Notes under the pieces: generated by a model | Database searches by the model: none | The model's input: the letters and a program-made list of their open reading frames with translations, nothing else | Told to the model about the DNA's origin: nothing | Shown here: positions 7,488 through 13,706 of the stretch, in pieces | Layout: each line of letters begins with the position of its first letter | Numbering within the stretch: the first letter of the stretch is position 1 | Translations under genes and position numbers: made by a program | Origin: Bdellovibrionales bacterium | Lineage (GTDB): Bacteria > Bdellovibrionota > Bdellovibrionia > Bdellovibrionales > UBA840 | Length of the DNA: 19,767 nt | Assembly (NCBI GenBank): GCA_037969075.1 | Contig: JBBKWS010000204.1 | Span: forward strand, 1 to 19,767 | Reading direction: 5' to 3'

Positions 7488-8150
7488 GTGAAGATGCTAT
7501 TAACGGTTATTATTCTTGCTGCCAGCTTTTCAGCACACGCTATTGAAGTTTATAATTGTGATGTAACTGCTGATGCTAAGGTTCGAGACCCATATTCTTT
7601 TACAAAAAAAATGTTTATCTCGAAGGATTTTACTAATGTAATTGATTTTGGCGAAACAGATTTAAAACTGACTGTAAGAAATGGTAAGTTAAGTGGTTTA
7701 GTGAATGGTCAAACTAACTTTATTCTTAGAGGTACACCAGAGAGTGGATCGTTTGAGAGCGCTTATCATGTTGGTAGTGTTAGTTGCTCAAAGTCGGTTA
7801 CTACGTCTTACATGCTACAGTTTAAGCCTTGGAAGCAATACTACACTTTAGATAAAGATTTATCAGATGGGCACATTCATAATTCAGTAACTGCGATAAA
7901 CCTTTATATGAAGCATATCTGTTTTATAGGTGATTCAGATGCAGCCGCAGCAGCGATTTCTTCAAGACGTATATTAACTAAAGTTATTGATGCATATCAG
8001 ATTGAAGTAAACTTCGAATACAACAGATGTGTTCCAGGTGCTGGTTCAGGGTCATACGATGATTACGAATGTGCAGAGTATGAAGTTTTACGTGTTAAAT
8101 CTAAGGTGATCAACTGTAATGGTGATGGCACAGGTGACCCAAGGTCATAA
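7488..8150 (+). CDS. Secreted 6-Cys hypothetical protein, tandem paralog 1 (220 aa)
   Basis: Start reassigned to GTG 7488, which follows the SD AAGGGAG and matches the N-terminus of paralog 2 (MKMLLT). Signal peptide ends in AHA. C-terminus is NGDGTGDPRS. Confidence 0.88.
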   Translation: MKMLLTVIILAASFSAHAIEVYNCDVTADAKVRDPYSFTKKMFISKDFTNVIDFGETDLKLTVRNGKLSGLVNGQTNFILRGTPESGSFESAYHVGSVSCSKSVTTSYMLQFKPWKQYYTLDKDLSDGHIHNSVTAINLYMKHICFIGDSDAAAAAISSRRILTKVIDAYQIEVNFEYNRCVPGAGSGSYDDYECAEYEVLRVKSKVINCNGDGTGDPRS

Positions 8151-8181
8151 GTCATTACTTTCTATATTTAATTTAATGAGC

Positions 8182-8210
8182 GCTCATCTCTCTTCTAGAT
8201 GGGCTTTTTT
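8182..8210 (+). terminator. Intrinsic terminator after paralog 1
   Basis: GCTCATCT-N7-AGATGGGC followed by T6. Confidence 0.8.
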
Positions 8211-8364
8211 ATTTTAAAGATCAATTTGTCATTCTTACATACTCTATTTTCACAAATACAGTGAGTTTTTATAGGACTTGGTTAGAGGTTGCCCTCAGCA
8301 TTAGTAATTATAAGTAGGGGGTGTTATCCATGTCCTGTTTTTAACATTCTAAAGGGAGTATTAG

Positions 8365-9027
8365 ATGAAAATGCTATTAACTATCATAGTTCTTGCTATC
8401 GGTTTTTCAGCTCATGCAATAGAAATCTATAATTGCGACGTAACAGCTGATCCTAAAATTGGTGATCCGTACTCATTTACTAAAAAACTTTTTATTTCGA
8501 AAGATTTTACTAATCAAACTGATTTTCATAAAACCGATTTAAAATTAACTGTTAGAAATGGCAAGTTAGATGGATTTGTAAATGGCCAGCCTAACCATAT
8601 TCTTAAAGGTACGCCAGAAAATGGGTATTTTGAAAGTGCGTATCATGTTGGTAGCGTTAGTTGCTCAAAGCCTGTTGCTACAGCGTATATGTTGCAGTTC
8701 AAGCCGTGGAAACAGTATTACACTTTAGATGAAAACTTATCTGTTGGCCATATTCTAAGCTCTGTAAATACAGCGAGTTTTTATCATAATAATATATGCT
8801 TCATCGGCGATGCAAATGCTGCGGCCGAGGCCATATCTTCTAACGCCTCTATTAAAACAAAGGTTTTAGACAGATATCAAGTACAGTTAACGTTTGATTA
8901 TACAAGCTGCGTGCGTGGAACCGGTAGCTACGATAGCTTTGAGTGCGATGAATACAAGACTGAAACAGTTAAGAAAACCATACTAGATTGTATCAACGGT
9001 GACGGTACATGGGACCCTAGGTCATAG
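8365..9027 (+). CDS. Secreted 6-Cys hypothetical protein, tandem paralog 2 (220 aa)
   Basis: SD AAGGGAG, signal peptide ending in AHA, and the same six Cys as paralog 1. C-terminus is NGDGTWDPRS. Confidence 0.9.
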   Translation: MKMLLTIIVLAIGFSAHAIEIYNCDVTADPKIGDPYSFTKKLFISKDFTNQTDFHKTDLKLTVRNGKLDGFVNGQPNHILKGTPENGYFESAYHVGSVSCSKPVATAYMLQFKPWKQYYTLDENLSVGHILSSVNTASFYHNNICFIGDANAAAEAISSNASIKTKVLDRYQVQLTFDYTSCVRGTGSYDSFECDEYKTETVKKTILDCINGDGTWDPRS

Positions 9028-9261
9028 TCGTATCGTAGGTAATCTACTTTTAATAGTAGTAACCCTAGATCCTCTAAAACTAAAATTCTGACTACGCTCA
9101 TTCTTTTTGGATGAGCGTTTTTGTTTTAAGCTCAATTGGCTTGATTTTTTCTTATCTTGAAAAATACTCCAAAAAACTGCTGATACATAAAGTACAGCAA
9201 ACCCTGCAGCTAGAGCCATTGACCACCATAATAAGACTGTATAAACGTTATCAGTGTCCAT
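9022..9261 (-). CDS. Small single-pass membrane protein with a basic tail (79 aa)
   Basis: Perfect SD AAGGAGGT (9274-9267) and an extended -10 TGCTATGCT (9294-9286). One TM segment (VLLWWSMALAAGFAVLYVSAVFWSIF) is followed by a K/R/S-rich tail. Confidence 0.75.
   Translation of the reverse strand: MDTDNVYTVLLWWSMALAAGFAVLYVSAVFWSIFQDKKKSSQLSLKQKRSSKKNERSQNFSFRGSRVTTIKSRLPTIRL
9094..9122 (+). terminator. Intrinsic terminator after paralog 2, lying inside the opposite-strand ORF
   Basis: ACGCTCATTC-T5-GGATGAGCGT followed by a T-tract. The stem shares CGCTCAT with the paralog 1 terminator. Confidence 0.7.
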
Positions 9262-9378
9262 AAGTAACCTCCTTTTCTAGTTTTAAGCATAGCAAAGATT
9301 AGGGTGGGTTTGATCAATATAACATCATAGAATTGTTAAGAAATCTTAATAATCAGCAAAGACTTGCCCCATTGTTAT

Positions 9379-9405
9379 TAAGTCAGATTAGAAATGTCCC
9401 GATAA
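9379..9405 (+). promoter_or_regulatory. Sigma28 (FliA)-like promoter, apparently giving a leaderless transcript
   Basis: TAAG-N15-CCCGATAA compared with the consensus TAAA-N15-GCCGATAA. The ATG lies 6 nt after the -10 box and there is no good SD. Confidence 0.65.
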
Positions 9406-9411
9406 GAGATT

Positions 9412-9843
9412 ATGAGCAAATATATGAAACTTATAGTACCTACTGTTTTAGTTGTAATGATCATTGGCTTTCAAAACTGTGCGGATTCTAGCTCAGTTGC
9501 TGAACAAGAGACTTACGTAAGTTTTGATAATGATAGCAACGATGTACTTAAGATCATGTCCGCAGAGTGCGATGAGGAAGCTTGCTACTTTGATTTAATG
9601 GATGCTGCCGCAGATACACTTGGTGTACCAAAAGTCTCAAGATCTCTCGTGGTTACATTTGCTGTAAACCCAGCGCTTAGATCTTTAATGGTGGATTTTA
9701 CAGTAAGTCAGCAGGCTAAGGATTCTAACTTAAACGGCACCTCTATTTGCGACTTTGTCGTAAGGCAGGATAAAGAGGGCTATGTAGCTGTTTGCCCTCA
9801 TAGCGTATCAGAAAAAGATGGGTTCTATATTCGTAGAAGATAA
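9412..9843 (+). CDS. Putative lipoprotein with a non-canonical FQNC lipobox (143 aa)
   Basis: Basic n-region, hydrophobic h-region and GFQN-C23, followed by a Ser-rich linker. Four further Cys. Confidence 0.8.
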   Translation: MSKYMKLIVPTVLVVMIIGFQNCADSSSVAEQETYVSFDNDSNDVLKIMSAECDEEACYFDLMDAAADTLGVPKVSRSLVVTFAVNPALRSLMVDFTVSQQAKDSNLNGTSICDFVVRQDKEGYVAVCPHSVSEKDGFYIRRR

Positions 9844-9849
9844 AAACAA

Positions 9850-10632
9850 CTAAGAGTTGTTTTGGTGTTTACATATCTCGTTTCTAAGATTTTCTAAATA
9901 GTCTAATTCAAAGTCAGTAAATCCAGCTTGTATTCGTAAGTGACGACTAATCTTTTCGATTCGCTTTGGCATGCGCCAGCGCAATTTTCCCATTCGATCT
10001 GCAAAGTCTTGTTGTGAATCTATTTTTTCATCTTTACAAATAATTCGATACCACCTAGAGCCAAACTCCACATGTCCAACTTCTTCTGTTAAAATTGTTT
10101 TAGATATAGATTCTAGTGGGCTATCTAAAACTCCGCCCAATCGTTTTAAAAGTGTGTCACCGGCATCCAAGCCGCTTCCCTCTAAGTATCTGTGAACTAT
10201 TAAGATTCTATCTAACAAACTATCACTTGCTGCTGTCGCTGACCAAAGCATCGTGTGGGCAGCCCAGTCACCCCACTTGAATCCTAGTTTGTCCATACCT
10301 TGTAAGCATAATTTTAAATGACTAGCTTCTGATAGTGTGATGGCAGCGAGTTCCTCACGGAAACCTACGGGTGCATCAGGAAATTCATTGAGTGTACGTA
10401 ACCCCAGCTCCATTGCTTGTAATTCAATGCTTGCAAGGTCGTGCAGTAGACGAGCTTGTCCTTCTTTAGAGGATAAGCCTTTTTTTGGACTTAGTTGCCC
10501 TGGAATTAAAATCTCAAGATCACGTGCAGGGATAAGAGGGATATCTTCTCTTGCATAGCTTGATAAAGAACCTTCAACCGCTTGGTTAATATTTTCTAAT
10601 TTTTTCCAGATATTTGGTTGGTTAAGTACCAT
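9850..10632 (-). CDS. DUF455-family ferritin-like (di-iron carboxylate) protein
   Basis: Motifs LLHDLASIELQAMEL, EASHL, LEGSGLDAG and EEVGHVEFGSRW give an E/ExxH/E/ExxH pattern. RIQAGF occurs near the C-terminus. Confidence 0.85.
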   Translation of the reverse strand: MVLNQPNIWKKLENINQAVEGSLSSYAREDIPLIPARDLEILIPGQLSPKKGLSSKEGQARLLHDLASIELQAMELGLRTLNEFPDAPVGFREELAAITLSEASHLKLCLQGMDKLGFKWGDWAAHTMLWSATAASDSLLDRILIVHRYLEGSGLDAGDTLLKRLGGVLDSPLESISKTILTEEVGHVEFGSRWYRIICKDEKIDSQQDFADRMGKLRWRMPKRIEKISRHLRIQAGFTDFELDYLENLRNEICKHQNNS

Positions 10633-10739
10633 GCTACCTTTTTAATTGAAGCAAAGATAATATGCAATAATTAGTAAGGCTCAAAGTATTTACTGAAATT
10701 TTCCTATGCTTTTTAGATCGATTGTGGAAGGCTTGCTGT

Positions 10740-11513
10740 ATGAATATGTTTCAAGCTATTGTTTTAGCTGTTGTAGAGGGAATCACTGAGTTTTTACCAG
10801 TATCTTCTACGGGGCACTTGATTATCACATCATCTTTGATGGGGATCAATGAGGACCCTTTTACCAAAGCTTACACCGTCATCGTACAGTTTGGAGCGAT
10901 CTTATCAGTACTCGTATTATATTGGAGATACTTTTTAACTTCCTGGTCTTTTTATAAAAAATTATTTATCGCTTTTTTGCCAGCAGCTGTTATTGGCTTG
11001 TTGGTAGTGGATAAAATTGATGCGATTTTAGGTAGCGTAGAGGTGGTTGCGTACTCTCTCATTCTTGGGGGAATATTTCTTATTTTATTTGAGCGCTATA
11101 CGAAATTGCATGAAGGAAAAGATGTCAGTGAAGTCAAAAATATGTCGGCATTTAAAATTGGGTTTTATCAATGTTTAGCCTTTATTCCTGGAGTTTCCAG
11201 AAGTGCGGCCTCGATAGTCGGCGGCCTGTTTGAGGGATTAAATCGAAAAGCAGCGGCGGAGTTTTCATTTTTTTTAGGAGTTCCGACCTTAACTGGCGCC
11301 TGTTTTGTGAAGCTATATAAGGCCAGGGATGTTATTACCATGGATAACATAGGAATGCTTATTGTAGGGACTTTTGTTGCATTTATAGCTGCCACTTTAG
11401 CCATCAAATCATTCATTCAATTCCTGAATAAACATGGGTTTACCGCTTTTGGTATATATAGAATCATTGTAGGGATCACCCTGCTTGTGGTGCTGGCAGT
11501 CACTAAGCACTAA
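10740..11513 (+). CDS. uppP: Undecaprenyl-diphosphate phosphatase (BacA)
   Basis: Signature motifs VEGITEFLPVSSTGHL and PGVSRSA, plus AAEFSFFLGVP; multi-TM protein. Start moved to ATG 10740, which follows the SD GGAAGG. Confidence 0.97.
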   Translation: MNMFQAIVLAVVEGITEFLPVSSTGHLIITSSLMGINEDPFTKAYTVIVQFGAILSVLVLYWRYFLTSWSFYKKLFIAFLPAAVIGLLVVDKIDAILGSVEVVAYSLILGGIFLILFERYTKLHEGKDVSEVKNMSAFKIGFYQCLAFIPGVSRSAASIVGGLFEGLNRKAAAEFSFFLGVPTLTGACFVKLYKARDVITMDNIGMLIVGTFVAFIAATLAIKSFIQFLNKHGFTAFGIYRIIVGITLLVVLAVTKH

Positions 11514-11516
11514 GAC

Positions 11517-11546
11517 TTGCTTCGTCTTCTAGGGGTAGGGTAGTTT
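11517..11546 (+). promoter_or_regulatory. Putative sigma70 promoter for the VOC-ArsC gene pair
   Basis: TTGCTT, an 18-nt spacer, then TAGTTT. SD GGAGG at 11563-11567. Confidence 0.45.
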
Positions 11547-11574
11547 ACAGACAAATAAATTCGGAGGATCAAAG

Positions 11575-12333
11575 ATGGCTCAAAAACCAAACTTTATGAA
11601 TTTTACTGTGGATCACATGACTCTGCTATTACACCCTAAACTGTATAGCGTATCCTATTCGATATTTAGAATTATTTTTGGCTCCACTCCAGATGATATT
11701 TTATATGAAAAAAGACGAAAAAATGCGAATGGTGAAGTTTCTATGACTTACGCTACACGTATCGGGCAGTGGGAAACTAATAGCAAGGATCCGCTGAACA
11801 CAATCATAGCTGTAGTTCAACCGTCTGAGCCGGCTGATCAGCCCTCACATGTGCGTGATATGCTAGATGGTCACGAAAATGTAGCACATTGGCAACACAT
11901 AGCGCTTCGTACACCAGACTTATTGGCATTTCATAAGCATGCCTTGGATAGAGGAGTGCAGTTTGTAACTCCAATTCTAAAAGATGATGAAGAGAATTTG
12001 ATCCAGGCATTTTCAGGGGAGTGGTTTTATCCAGGAAGTAAACCATCGGGTTTGTTTTTTGAATTCTTACAGCGTGAACCAAGTGATGAGTCACTAGCTG
12101 CCATTCAAAAACAAAATAAGCAAAGCTGGTTTCGTGATGAAACTTTCTTGGGCCTTTACGGAGAAAAAGAAAAAGAGTACCGATCAGGCAAAGTAAAACC
12201 ATTTTTATCAGAGGAACTTTTTAACGAAATTTTAAGTTATGTAGGTAAAAAACAAGTTTGGGAAATCACTGAAGATGATCTTTCTCAAATCGAAAAGATC
12301 ATGCTGACTCATGGTAAAAAAAATAACTCATGA
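11575..12333 (+). CDS. VOC-superfamily metalloenzyme resembling an isolated HPPD C-terminal domain
   Basis: Motifs VDH14, QH108IALRT, LIQAFS and FFE163FLQR, plus a C-terminal F....F..L...E.E helix. These match the HPPD/HmaS His-His-Glu catalytic domain. Confidence 0.75.
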   Translation: MAQKPNFMNFTVDHMTLLLHPKLYSVSYSIFRIIFGSTPDDILYEKRRKNANGEVSMTYATRIGQWETNSKDPLNTIIAVVQPSEPADQPSHVRDMLDGHENVAHWQHIALRTPDLLAFHKHALDRGVQFVTPILKDDEENLIQAFSGEWFYPGSKPSGLFFEFLQREPSDESLAAIQKQNKQSWFRDETFLGLYGEKEKEYRSGKVKPFLSEELFNEILSYVGKKQVWEITEDDLSQIEKIMLTHGKKNNS

Positions 12334-12701
12334 GTTTGAAGGTATTTGAATACAAAAATTGTAGTACTTGTAAAAAAGCTCTTAGATTTTTAGATGTAAA
12401 TAAGATCAACTACAAGGCGATTCCAATTGTGGATAAACCACCCACAATTGGCGATTTAAAGAAAATGCTTGGTTTTCTTAAAAAAAATGAGGGGAGTATT
12501 AAAAATCTATTTAATACTTCAGGTGTTCAATATAGAGAGCTAAAGATAGCTGACAAACTAAAAGCAGGCATGAGTGAAGAGGTTTCTATAAAGCTACTTT
12601 CTGGCAATGGTAAGCTAATCAAGCGCCCATTTGTTTTAGGTGATGATTTTGGTATGGTTGGTTTTAAAGAAGACAATTGGACCAAGACCTTCAAAAAATA
12701 A
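12330..12701 (+). CDS. ArsC/Spx/YffB-family thioredoxin-fold protein
   Basis: YKNCSTCKKA (CxxC), FNTSGVQYREL and LIKRPF. ATGA overlap with the upstream gene. Confidence 0.92.
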   Translation: MSLKVFEYKNCSTCKKALRFLDVNKINYKAIPIVDKPPTIGDLKKMLGFLKKNEGSIKNLFNTSGVQYRELKIADKLKAGMSEEVSIKLLSGNGKLIKRPFVLGDDFGMVGFKEDNWTKTFKK

Positions 12702-12702
12702 A

Positions 12703-13446
12703 TTACTGAATGCTAGGATCAAACTTTTTAGATGGTTTGCACTTATTAAATTTTTTAATTGGTCTATAAGTACTACTTCTTTCTGGGTCAAATGAACATT
12801 CGCTCTTATCTAAATTGTTTGCGCTGATATAACCATATCTAATTTTATGTAGCATCTTTTGAAATACAGGGCTTATATTCTTATGAATTTCTTCTACCAC
12901 GAATTTAGGTTTTCTCGGGTTTCCATCGGCATAACCATTTTCACACATCTCATCATTCCAAGCTCTACTAAAACTCATTTTTTGAAATAATATTTTATAT
13001 AGGGCTGCAAGATAACCAGTGCGGTCTTCTCCAACGGTACAATGAAAAAACAGGTTTTTAGATTTTGACTCTGAAATAGTCTTCATTATTTGTAACGCCT
13101 CAATGGTTTGTAGGCAGGCAGTTTCAAAGCTCGTGATATCTTTCCATTGAAAAGGGATCACAGTAATGTGATTTTTTTTGATTCCTTTATTTGTTAAAGC
13201 CGTAATTTCTTCTTCTGTAGATAAGTCTGCCAAGGTACTGTTTTTAAATATTAAGACGTCAGTGATTCCGATTTGTAATAATTCATCAAAATCTTGCTCA
13301 GTTCGAGGACGCATTCCCCGTACAAGGGCTCCAGAGGTGGCACCTTCAACAATGTGGGAGTTGGGTATGTTTAGGCCTTCGACTTGAGACGGGAAAGGGG
13401 ATACCAAACTAAAGCTAAATTGTAATGAAAATAGAAATAATAGCAC
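12703..13446 (-). CDS. Putative secreted cysteine-dependent tyrosine/dual-specificity phosphatase-family protein
   Basis: P-loop FFHCTVGEDRTG (HCX5R) and an RGMRP motif. Hydrophobic N-terminus; GTG start after the SD AGGGGG. Confidence 0.85.
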   Translation of the reverse strand: MLLFLFSLQFSFSLVSPFPSQVEGLNIPNSHIVEGATSGALVRGMRPRTEQDFDELLQIGITDVLIFKNSTLADLSTEEEITALTNKGIKKNHITVIPFQWKDITSFETACLQTIEALQIMKTISESKSKNLFFHCTVGEDRTGYLAALYKILFQKMSFSRAWNDEMCENGYADGNPRKPKFVVEEIHKNISPVFQKMLHKIRYGYISANNLDKSECSFDPERSSTYRPIKKFNKCKPSKKFDPSIQ

Positions 13447-13706
13447 ATGGCCCCCTAAGTATCAGAAACTACTAGCGTATAAAAAAACAGGTGGCAAATA
13501 CAGGGGTCAACCCTGTAAATTAAAGACGATACAGACATTACATTTTTATATAGAAACTAGTCTGTTTCAAACCAGATTCTCATTGGTATTTTAATTAGTA
13601 TAAGTTAGACTATTGGAGGTTACTTTTTATAGCCATGGTGGTTTTAAAAGGTCCACAAAACTACTTTTTTTAGAGCATTTGATTCTAAAAGAAGAAAAGG
13701 AGAAAT

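Larger units (their letters stand above)
7350..9027 (+). repeat. Tandem duplication of a leader-plus-gene unit (copy 1 ~7350-8150, copy 2 ~8227-9027)
   Basis: The leaders 7350-7487 and 8227-8364 are both 138 nt, with 51 of the first 60 nt identical. The encoded proteins are both 220 aa and about 68% identical by manual alignment. Confidence 0.95.

Noticed and set aside
7350..9027. Tandem repeat as a diversity-generating retroelement or CRISPR array
   Set aside because: Both copies are intact genes with substitutions of all types and indels. There is no reverse transcriptase, no short spaced repeats and no cas genes.
6342..9849. Prophage or integrative element at tRNA-Leu
   Set aside because: I found no integrase, transposase or phage gene, and no duplicate of the tRNA 3' end by eye.
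12330..12701. Arsenic-resistance operon or true Spx regulator
   Set aside because: No arsR, arsB or acr3 is nearby. The sequence fits the generic YffB-like subgroup and lacks a Spx-type C-terminal extension.
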